This document shows positions 40,201-52,072 of a stretch of DNA of 64,000 bases, in pieces. The position numbers and the translations under genes were made by a program. The stretch is from positions 24,304,001 to 24,368,000 of the forward strand of contig NC_043018.1 in assembly GCF_006345805.1 (NCBI RefSeq), written 5' to 3'. The DNA is from Octopus sinensis. Lineage: Eukaryota. The first letter of the stretch is position 1, and the number at the start of each line of letters is the position of its first letter. Below the pieces are notes generated by a model. It had not been told where the DNA came from. It saw only the letters and a list, made by a program, of their open reading frames with translations, and did no database searches.

Positions 40201-43200
40201 CACACACACACTCACACACACGCACGTTAGCTTACAATTTTATTTATATATTTGCGTGTCTATGTGTGTAAAGAGGAAGTGGCAGACTGAAAGAGTCACT
40301 CACTACAAAAGGTGAATTACAGTCATTTTATTCGTTGCACACTGTGTGTGTGCGTGTGGTGTAAAACACATTAAGAAAAGCATTTGACATACACACCAGA
40401 ATGTGAGTTTTCTGTAAATTTTGCTTAATTGGAGTTTAAATTTTAAAAAGTGGACCTGGCAAAACCCGATGCATTCTACTCTTAAAAATGCTAAGTAAAT
40501 TGTAATTGAAGAAATCCTATATTGTAGATTTCTATAACTGACAAAGGGAGGCAGATAAAATCTGCCTTTTATAATAAGAGATTCACAAGATTGTGGTTTT
40601 GATTTCCAAACATTTGGTGTGGTGTGTTCCTGATCAAAACTCTTCATTTCACATTGCTCCAGTCCACTTATCTGCAAACAGGTCACCCTGTGATGGACTG
40701 ACATTCTGTTCTGAGGGATTGTTGGCCTGAAAGCTTGATAAGTAGGGTGGCATTGTTCAAAAGCTACATTAATGTGAGCAATCGCATTGTGACCAGTGGT
40801 GTATAACATAATCTGATAATCTGTTTGATGTAGTGAAACGGTGATATTCACAAATTGATTATTGATCATTGATAGCAATTTTTTGTGGTGTATATAGTTT
40901 TGTTGAACTGTAGCAATGTGATAAGAAGTTTTCTTCCCTACCATATAGTTCCAGGTTCAGTTCCACAACATGGCACTTTGGGCAAGTGTCTTTTGTATAC
41001 TTCAGGGTTGACTAAAGCCTTGTGAATGGGTTTGGTAGATGGAAACTAAAAGAAGCCTCCGTGTGTATGTGTGTTCCTGTCTTGACATTGCATTGTAGCT
41101 GTAAATGAATGTCACTGTCATACAAGCAGTGTCATTCATTTCCAATATCATGCAGAAGCATGTCTGGCCATGGGGAAAATATTACCTTGCTTGGAAGTGT
41201 TTCAGGGTTAGCAACAGGAAGGGCATCCAGCTGTAGAAAATCTGCTTCTATATACACTCTCTGACCCATGCAAACATGGAATAGAGGACATTAAAATAAT
41301 GTGAATTTTCAGAAAGCACCTGTTGTCATGGAATTGTTTCTGTTTTCAGCTCCTTCCGTCTCCTTTCTGGTTATCTCTACTTCCAGATCTTTGCATTTGT
41401 CTTTATTTGTTTCAATCATAGGACCGTGGCTATGCTGGGGCACCAACTTGAAGGGTTTTAGTTGAACAAATTGACCCCAGTACATACATTTTCAAGTCTG
41501 TTACTTATTTTATTGGTCTCTTTTGCTGAACTGCCAGGTTACTTGGATGTAAACCAACTAACAACAGCAGTGAGGGACAAACACTAAGTTACACACACAA
41601 ACACACACAACAGGCTTCCTCACAGTTTCCTTCTACCAAATTCACTCACAAGGTATTTGTTGGTTCTGAGTCTGTAGCAGAAGGCTCTTGCCCAAAGTGC
41701 TATGTAGTGGGACTGAACCTGAAAGGATATGGTTACAAAGCAAGCTTCTTAACTGCACAGCCATGCCTGCTCCTACATAACCAGAGATACATTGTAATCT
41801 ATTAGTTTAATCAGGAAATCCTTTGTTTTCCACAACAATATCTGGTAAATTTAGTTTTGATTTTTCTGTTTGTGTAGATGTGTGCATCACGTTTTGTTTG
41901 TAGCCCTTTATTAATCATTTATACCCTTGCTGGTATATATTTGCACAAGGCTGTGAGCTGGCAGAATTGTTAGCTGAGCGGTATTTTGTCTGCCGCTACG
42001 TTCTGAGTTCAAATTCCGCTGAGGTCGACTTTGCCTTTCATCCTTTCAGGGTCGATTAAATAAGTACCAGTTACGCACTGGGGTCGATATAATCGACTTA
42101 ATCCGTTGGTCTGTCCTTGTTTGTCCTCTCTGTGTTTAGCCCCTTGTGGGTAGTAAAGAAACTGGTATGTATTTGCACCATATCTTTTCTGTTGCTATTT
42201 CATAACACAGGCTGAAAGCCTCCAAATCATGTTTGTAGTTTCATTTCTTGTTAGCTAAGACTGGACTGCCAGCGATCATCATCATCATACATGTTCCATC
42301 CTGGTAGAGGTTTGACAGGATCTGGTGGGCCCAAGGGCTGCAATGGTCTGTTCTGGCAAGGATTCTATGAATGAATACCCTTTCTAACTCCAGTCATGTC
42401 ACAGCATGTAATGGGTGCTTCTTTTTTTTTTTTTTTTTTGTTAAGCCATCAGCAGTAATGAGGTCATCATGCAGTTTGCAAGAGGAGCAGCTTTATGCTA
42501 GGAGATGGAGGGCAAAAGGTGGGGGGGGAAGTATGACAGAAGGGGCCAATCCTGAACAAGATTCTTGCTATAGAGGAGCCATATGACTACTCATATTCTA
42601 TTGGAGAAGATGGAAGCGACGGTGGAGTTGGAGATGGATAGGGGTGGAGTGAAGTTGGAGATGACTGACAGTGTTAAACAGCAGAATAGTAGCAATGAAA
42701 GAGTAGACAGGAGAAGGACAAGAGAAGGATAATGTTGGATAAGGAAGAGAGGGGTAGGTGTGGTGTAAGAGGAGAGACAATACGCTTAATTGCTCCTTCC
42801 CAAACTCAGACTTCTTTTGTCAGAATGAGACAATCGGGCACAGGTGTTTGGACACTGATGATTTGGCGCAACTGACTGGATGTCCAGGTCTGTTTCTGGC
42901 AACAGCACTTTTTTGTATTGCAGGAAACAAACACACGCATATACATGCACATAGAAAAATAAATACATACGGATAGGAAGAGAAAGAGAAAAAGACAGAG
43001 AGACAGACTTCAGTTTATGAATGCTTTGTCTCTCTGCCTACATATAAAGAAGAAATATGCTTACACAGATAAGCAGAGAGAGTGGTGGTGGTGGGGGGAG
43101 GGAATGAGAAACATGAAAACATCTAATGTCAAATAAGTCAGCATCGAACCATTGATGCCAAATAGGAGGTGCCCAAACACATCACACTCATATTTTCTTG

Positions 43201-46200
43201 TTACTTGATCTATTCTTTCTCATTACATGCTTTTGCTAGTTTCTGACGTGGAGGCTTTGATCTAGAGCCACAACCACGATTCCTTCGACCTCAACTTTGA
43301 CTCCTGCACTTCTCAGTTGGTGTCTATTACCACCCTGTTCATCGTTTTCTTCTGGTATTGGCCATCTATCCCTCATGCCAACCCCATCCAACCCCGTTTT
43401 TATTTAATGACACTATATCATCATCATCATCATCATTTTGCATCCTTTGTTCATGCTGGTATGGGTTGGACAGGTTGACCAGGGCTGCTAAACTGAAGGG
43501 TTGCACCAGACTCCAGCTTGATTTGGTGTGGTTTCTACGGCTGGATGCCCTTCTTTATGCCAACCGTTTTGAGAGTGTAATGGGTGCTTTTTACTTACCA
43601 GTTGCGTCACACCAGTGTCTGCCATGATTACAATTTCACTTGGCTCTATGGGTCTTCTATTATATCTTTATTTTTAACTTATTTATGCTTTCTGTTTGTG
43701 TTTTCCTTTTTTGTTTTCCTCATCACAACTGAACTGTCTGTTATGACAGTCTCACTATTTTGTAATTGTTGGTTTCCTTGGAGACAGAAAACAATTTTTT
43801 TTGTTTTGTTCAGGTTTCGTGGTTAAGCTATTTTATATAAATTTTCCATTATTCTTTACTAAATAATTTTGTTGTCATGCAGTGGATATTTTATAACATA
43901 TTATATGTTTAACTTCCTGCATTTGTAGTAAATACAATCACTTCTGAATCAACAATTTATTTGGTTATTGTTATCTTTATTATTTGAGCAGGATAACGCA
44001 TAGTTAGCCTATAAACAGATGTTCATTCAAATATTGGTTGCTATGACAGTAATGCTACTTAATACATTTAAATGTTGACCAAATATATTAACACACACAA
44101 GTATGTAGCAACATTATCTTTGTTAGAAATAACTGGCTTTGCTAAGTTAGTGATATATATTAAAATATAACCAGATGCGGATCTTTTCGGTTTGAATGGC
44201 AGTTTTTCCTAGCAGTGTCATATGAAATTGTCACCCATAATTATGACCCTAGTATCGATCTATTGCATTTCAATCTGTTTTAGGGTTAGGGTTAGTTAGA
44301 GTTAGGGATGGGGGGAAGGGTATCTTTTTTTCTTCAGAATGTAAATAAACTCAATCTGTTTCTTAAACGAGGGACATATTCATACGGCACAGAATGTTTT
44401 CACCTCAATAGACATCATTGATTGGTTGAAATTGCAGAAATTGAAGAAAAAAAACAACAAATAGCTTACAAACTATAGAATTTTCTCAATAAAGCCAAGA
44501 GAAAAAGATGTTTTATAAACACATTCTACCAGTATACGAAGTTTAAAATTGTTTAGTTACGTGGAAATTATTTTAAAAAACTACCGTTCAAACCGAAAAG
44601 ATCCCCAGATGCATAGGCACATAGAAGTATATATAGCAGTATTGTCATCATCATCATCATTAGTTTAATGACCACTTTTCCATACTTGCATGGGTCAGAT
44701 GGAACCTTATTCAGGCAGATTTTTTATGGCTGGATCTCCTCCCTGTTGCCAACCCTCTTCTATTTCCTAGTAAGGTAATATTTCCCGACAATCAAACATG
44801 TTTTCACCAGAATTTGGAAATGAAGGGCACAGCATGTACAAATACAATAAACACATGCGTCATATGCTTGTCTGTTTACATTGTGAGAGGGCCTGGCGCA
44901 GCCTTCTGGCCTCCCAGACCCCAGTTGAACTGTCCATGCTAGCATGGGTTGGACGGTTCAACTGGGGTCTGAGAGGCCAGAAGGCTGCGCCAGGCCCAGT
45001 CTGATCTGGCAGTGTTTCTACAGATCAGACTGGGCCTGGCGCAGCCTTCTGGCCTCCCAGACTCCAGTTGAACCATCATGCTAGCATGGGTTGGACAGTT
45101 CAACTGGAGTCTGGGAGGCCAGAAGGCTGCGCTAGGCCCAGTCTGATCTGTAGAAACACTGCCAGATCAGACTGGGCCTGGCGCAGCCTTCTGGCCTCCC
45201 AGACCCCAGTTGAACCGTCCAACCCATGCTAGCATGGAAAATGGACATTAAACGATGATGATGATGATGATGTTTCATGGACAGCACCATCAGCAAACAC
45301 TACTGTATGAATTCGTACAGAGGTATGACTTTGGTAAGCCCCAAAAAGATTTAGTTAATCGCTAGATCAGTGGTTGCTGAACTTTTTTGCTATGGAATCC
45401 TTGAACATTATTCTTAAATATGTGGAACGCCAATAACCTTCAGGGAACCCTGGGCTTTTGCAGAACACACTTTGGGAATCCCTACTTTACACTAACAATT
45501 CTACACCATATTAAGGACATCTACTGCTAACTGCACCTGACATGCTTGCAACTATTTTCTTTTTTCATTTCTGTGGGGGTAAATTTTAGTATTTAAATCA
45601 TTAAGTTGCATTTAATTAATTAGAAACAAAAATGCACCACTAATATGCTGTACCATAATACACATGTGATGAGTGTGACTTTAACCATAAATAGGAAAAT
45701 TATTTATTTATTTATGTGCCCTTTTCAAGCCTAGCCAGGTTCATGGTCCCGGTTTCCCGGTTTCTATGGCGTATGTGTTCCCCCCAGCTGGACGGGACAC
45801 CAGTCCATCACAGAATTACCCAAGAAACAGGAAGAAAGAGTGAGAGAAAGTTGGGGTGAAAGAGTACAACAGGGGTCGCCACCACCCCATGCCGGAGCCT
45901 CGTGGAGCTTCAGGTGCTTTCGCTCAATAAATACACAACGCCTGGTCTGGGAATTGAAACTGTGATCCTCCGACTGCGAGTCCACTGCCCTAACCACTGG
46001 GCCATTGCGCCTCCAACTATGAAAATAGTGTAAAGTTATTGAAGAGTTATGATGTGAAACACGCCATGCAGGTATCAGCTGTATGCACCGTATTACGGTA
46101 GGCAGTTGCATGCTGGTACTGGGTAGATATGTTACCAGTGGTAACAGAACATAATTATGAGATATAAATTGGTTTCACTCAGCTGGTTTGTTATGTTAGA

Positions 46201-46554
46201 GGGGTACACATAAAAGAGAAAGTGTAAATATTTATAAGGGGCTATACATGGTCTGGTTTATGGGTTTTGCTATTGACCAGGACGTGTGTTTTGATGCATG
46301 GAATTGGTTATATTACTGGAATTCATTGTGTTTTTGCTTTTATTCACTTAAAGATCAGTTGGGTTTCTGCTGCTGATACAATACTTTGGATTCTAGCTTG
46401 AATTTCAGCCTCTCAAAAGTAGTATCCATGCAATAGTTGACCCCATAAATTTGACCTTAAAAAATGGTCTAAAAAATTCAATTTTTACACAAGTATATAC
46501 GGCATGTATGAATGTGCTTATGTATGTGTATGTATGTGTATATGCATGTATGTG

Positions 46555-46607
<53 letters not shown>

Positions 46608-49600
46608 TGGTATTTGAACTTAGAACATAATGTTATCTGACATTATGTTCTGAGTTCAAATACCACCAAGGTCGGCTTTGCCTTTCATCTTTTTGGGGTT
46701 GAGAAATTAAGTACCTGTGAAACATTAGGGGGTCAATGTAATCGACTAGTCCCCTCCTTGCAAATTTCAAGCCTTGTACCTTTAGTAGGAAGTATTGTTA
46801 TTATTATTATTATCATCTAAGGCAGTGAGTTAGTAGAATCGTTAGCTCTCCAGGTAAAATACTTTGTGACACATTTTGCCCGTCTTTGCGGTCTGAGTTC
46901 AAAATCCACTGCGGTCATCCTTTCAGGGTTGATAAGTTAATTACTAGTTGAGAATTGGGGTCAATATAATTGAAAGTTTTGAAAACATTATTATTTGGAC
47001 CCTTTCCCCTAAAATGGCTGGCTTTGTGCCAAAATTTGGAACCATTATTGTCATTATTGTTATCATTGTTATTTCCAGGCCCAGACAGGTTGGATACAGC
47101 ATGACTTTGGACATCTTTCTGTCTTTAAAAGAAGCAAATTTGACCATTTTTGGCACTATTTCACCATGGGATTCATAAAGGTCACTATTTTACTCATTTT
47201 TATTTATTCATGCACATGTTTTTTCCTTTGTTTTTTTTTTTACTTCTTTATCTTAATTTCCTTTTTCCCTCCTTTCCATTTTCTTTTCCTTTTTCTTTTC
47301 CCCTTTCCTATATTTAATTTTCTTTCTTTTCCTCCTCTATCCCTCTCCATTCTTTCAATAAACTATATATATATTAGCGACTGAGGCAGGATCAATACTA
47401 AGAGGTAATTTTTAACCCTAATCAAACTATGCTGTGGTGGATATCGTGAGAGAAACCTTCATGTTGGCTTTTGGTGCCAAGTGCATTCTTGTTTATATCA
47501 CTAGTAGGGAAGATATATCTTTGTCACCTCCAGCACTGAGACCACCAAATCACTTGATTTCGACCTTCCTTGGTCTCGTCAGTGATAGATGCTTGACTAT
47601 TAGAGATAGCAGCAACTTATCTTCCCTGTCGGTGATATATAGAATAACAGTGCCCGAACAGGCTGGCACTGGTGTCATGATTAGCCAGTGAGTTTGTTGA
47701 AATATATTTATTAGCAACAGAGGCAGTAATAATACCAAGAGATAATAATTATCCCCACTCAAACATGTGTGTTCTGTTAGAACAAACTATACTGCCATAG
47801 ATACCACAAGAGAGACTCTCATATTGGCTTTTGGTGCAAAATGCCCTCTTGTTTATATTGCAATGGGGAGATAAATCCCTGCTACCTCCAGCACCAAGAC
47901 TACCAGATCACGTGATTTCGACTTCTTTGGCTTTGTCAATGATGGACACTTGACTGCTAGAGATAGCAGCGATTCATCTCCCTGCCAGTGATATACAAAA
48001 TAACAGTATCAGAACAGGCGCTAGTGTTGCAATTAGCCAGTGAGCTTGTTAAAAAATATTTATTAATGACAGAGGCAATAATAATACCAAGAGGTAATAT
48101 TTATCTGTATATAACCGTGGATGTTCTGTTAAACTATAATCTACAGTGACTTTTCTCTATTCCAGGGAGCTTCACCTGCCTGGTGGAGCCACATGCATTA
48201 CCAACACCATGCAAAACCGAATGTGGTATGTACCTTACTTTTTATTTGTCTTTTTCTCTCTCTCTCTCTCTCTCCTCCTCTCCTCCTCCTCCTCCTGCCA
48301 CTTTCTTTAAAATAAAATATTTTTACCAGGTAAACAATGACAGTTGCTCCAAACTTTTGACTTGGTAACCATTATTAGGTTATAAAGAAAAACAGATTTT
48401 TTTTCCAACCATACTCTTTTACTTGTTTCAGTCATTTGACTGCGGCCATGCTGGAGCACCGCCTTTAGTCGAGCAAATCGACCCTGGGACTTATTCTTTG
48501 TAAACCCAGTATTTATTCTATCGGTCTCTTTTGCTGAACTGCTAAGTGACGGGGATGTAAACACGCCAGCATCGGTTGTCAAGCAATGCTAGGGGGACGA
48601 ACATAGACACACAAACACACACACATACATATACATATATATGACAGGCTTCTTTCAGTTTCCGTCTACCAAATCCACTCACAAGGTATTGGTCGGCCCG
48701 GGGCTATAGCAGAAGACACTTGCCCAAGATGCCACGCAATGGGACTGAACCCGGAACCATGTGGTTGGTTAGCAAGCTACTTACCACACAGTCACTCCTA
48801 CGGCATACCATATTTTCTGGCATACATGTCAGTGTGGCATTTAGTGCAAACATTCAAGCATTACCACCATCTTTCCAAATCCTGCTGGGTTTCACATGGA
48901 GTTTTTGGCCCTTCAATGCCTTCTTGGTGTATAAGTCATCCTACCTTTTTTAGCTGTAAATTCTTGTCTGAAAAATATGACTTGTACACTGGAAAATGTG
49001 GAATGTATATTTTTTGGTTCGTTTTGTTCCAATTGGAACACCTCTGCCACTAATGAATGCATCAAATAAACCTGAGTAAGCTATGAATACTGTGACATCT
49101 TCTGATTTTAATAAGACTTTATTTTTTTTTAATATCTTTTACTTGTTTCAGTCGGTGGGCTGTGGCCATACCGGAGCACTGCCTTGAAGGATTTTAGTTG
49201 AACAAATCTGTTCCAGCACTTATTTTGAAGTCTAGTACTTATTCTATCAGTCCCTTTTGCTAAACTGCTAAGTTATGGGGCCCTTAACCAAGCCCATATT
49301 AGTTGTTAAGTGGTGGTGGTGCACACACACCAATTACAGGCTTCTGCAACGTTTCTGTCTACCAAATTCCCTCACAAGGCATTGGTCTGCTGGGGGTTAT
49401 AGTAGTAGATGCTTGCCCTAGGTTCCATGGAGTGGGACTGAACCAGAAACCATATGATTGTTAAACGATCTCCTTAATCATACAGCCAATGCCTGCACCT
49501 ATTTTTAAATATTTTTTTTTTAAGAAAAGAAAAAAAAAACATAGCACATGCGCCAAAAAAACCCCAAAAAACCCCCTCAGTCCAACAATTGTTGTTCAAA

Positions 49601-50238
49601 TTATGTACTTCAGTAGTTTGTTGATGATAAACCCTATTGCCAGTGCTGTCTTAAAGCATGGTCAGGAAGGGTTGCTAGGGGGGTTTTGGGGAGCTCGTGT
49701 GTCTCAGGGCCCCATATTCTGATCTATGTATGCTGTGGCTTGCTGTTAATAAGTAAATGCTGTAGGGCCCAGTCCATTGATTTGCCTGGGGGCCTCATGG
49801 GTATAGGGATCCAGTTCTGATCAATATATGTCCACTCTGTGGGGTGGTTGGTGTTAGGAAGGGTATCCAGCAATAAAAGCCATGCCAGAACAGGCGCAGA
49901 AGTGTGGTGCAGGCTCCTGCCTGGCCAGCTCCTGTCAAACCATCCAACACATTCCATGATGGAAGGAGAATATCAAATGATGATGATGATGATATGCTGT
50001 GACTTTACTCTTTTACTCTTCTACTTGTTTCAGTCATTTGACTGTGGCCATACTGGAGCACCACCTTTAGTCGAGCAAATCGACCCCAGGACTTATTCTT
50101 TGTAAGCCCAGTACTTATTCTATCGGCCTCTTTTGTCGAACCGCTAAGTGACGGGGACGTAAACACACCAGCATCGGTTGTCAAGCAATGCTAGGGGGAC
50201 AAACACAGACACACAGACACACACATACATATATGTAT

Positions 50239-50286
<48 letters not shown>

Positions 50287-52027
50287 TATATATGACAGGC
50301 CTCCTTCAGCCTCCGTCCACCAAATCCACTCGCAAGGCATTGGTCAGCCCAGGGCTATAGCAGAAGACACTTGCCGAAGATGCCACGCAGTGGGACTGAA
50401 CCTGGAACCATGTGGCTGGTTAGTAAGCTACTTACCACACAGCCACTCCTGCACCTATCACTTACTATCAATAAATAAATACAGCAGGGCCCAGTGGATT
50501 GATTTTCCCAAGGACCTATAAATGTTGCTAAAACGGCCCTATCTCTTGCTTTTCTGTCTCCACTTTGCATCATCATGACACCAGCCCATCACCCCACATT
50601 AATTTCGGTCCTATAAATTCTGTTTCATTCCTCTAAAACCTGATAGTTTATCTCTCTCTCTCTCTCTTTCAGCTTGATAAAGATCCTGACATCAGAATTG
50701 ACAAATACTTTGTCATAGGAGATACGATGTCTTTGGAGGTAAGCATTTTACACCTTGTCTGTTTGTCTGCCTGCCTGCCTGCCTGAGTCATTGGGGATAT
50801 GTCGTAAGAGGTTTGTATCCATTCTTAGTTTGTCCATGTGAGTATTTGTGTCTGTGTGTATGTGTGTGTGTTTTCTTGTATGTGTGTTTGCATAGATATA
50901 GCTGTGTGGTTAAGAAGGGTTGCTTTTGTGTTTTAGATCCGGTCCCATTGACTGTCTTCTATTGGGTAGCCCTGGGCTAAACAATGTCACTTAAGTGAAA
51001 TTTGGAAGACAGAAACTGTATGGAAGCCTATGATATGTATGTGTATAATATATATTTGTGTGTGTATATAATATATAACCTGGTGTAGAACTTCATGTTT
51101 GAGGCTCTGATGAAGCTCTAAGGTGTTACTCAGGTATTCAACTATGAGTTCCACTGCATCTTAGAGCAGAAACAGCTGTAAGCTAATGCAGTACATTAGC
51201 TAATTGTTTATTCCTTTGTCATCTCATTATCCTCTGTGTGTGTGTGTGTGTGTGTTGTTTCATTCTGTGATTTGCATGAAAAAGCACTGAGCTACAAATA
51301 GCCTACTTGCTCTATACTTTCGAACACTTGTGAAATAAAAGAATCTCTTATGGTATCTGGCTGTGAAGCAGTCCCTTACTAAGTGTTCATCTAACCCATG
51401 CTGGCATGGAAAAACAGATGTAAAACAAACATTTGTGCTTGCGCGTGCGCGCGCACACACACACACACACACCTGAAAATGTGATATGTTTGTCAGTTAG
51501 CAGCCTTGATACATGGATGTGTGTGTGTCTCGGAAAAAGCGAGGTTACTATGTGTATAGTGTGTGTGTGTGTGTGTTTATGCGAGAGAGATTGTAGGTAT
51601 GAGTGTAAAAACATTTCTGCTAAAAAAAGAAAAAAAAATTGAAAATCTGTTGATGACAGTCGTATGACAATGACAATTATGAATTCACAAGAATTTTTCC
51701 CATAGACATTGGAAATTATGAAATATCCAATTCTGTTGACAGGTGGCAAAGAAGAAGAAGAAAAGTATGCCATATAATTTCCAACACAGATATTTCTTTG
51801 TCAGTAAGTATTACATATTTTTCACAGGTTTCATCTCTTTATCTCTTTTCCTTGTTTCAGTCATTGGATGGCAGCCACACTAGGATATTGTTCTGTTGGG
51901 TTTAGTTGAACAAATCAATCCCAGTGCTTATTTTTGCTCAAGTCTGGTTCTTATTCTGTTTCTTGTGCCCACTAAGTCACAGGGATGTAAATGAACCAAA
52001 ACTGGTTGTCAAGTAATGGTGGAGGAC

Positions 52028-52072
<45 letters not shown>

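Larger units (their letters stand above)
47398..48150 (-). mobile_element. Tandem ~350-360 bp diverged repeat (about 2.1 units), each unit with an HHR motif; retrozyme-like
   Basis: Colinear homologous blocks, e.g. ttggcttttggtgc at ~47465/47824, agagatagcagc at ~47602/47960, ttagccagtgag at ~47681/48033. Confidence 0.7.

Noticed and set aside
43235-43285. CTGACG...GGCT-AGCC hairpin
   Set aside because: The core is broken at both ends (no GA at 8-9, no GAAA).
47434-47762. ORFs 47434-47691 (+) and 47550-47762 (-) in the duplicated unit
   Set aside because: The frames are not preserved in the second repeat copy and have no recognisable motif; the conserved feature is RNA structure.
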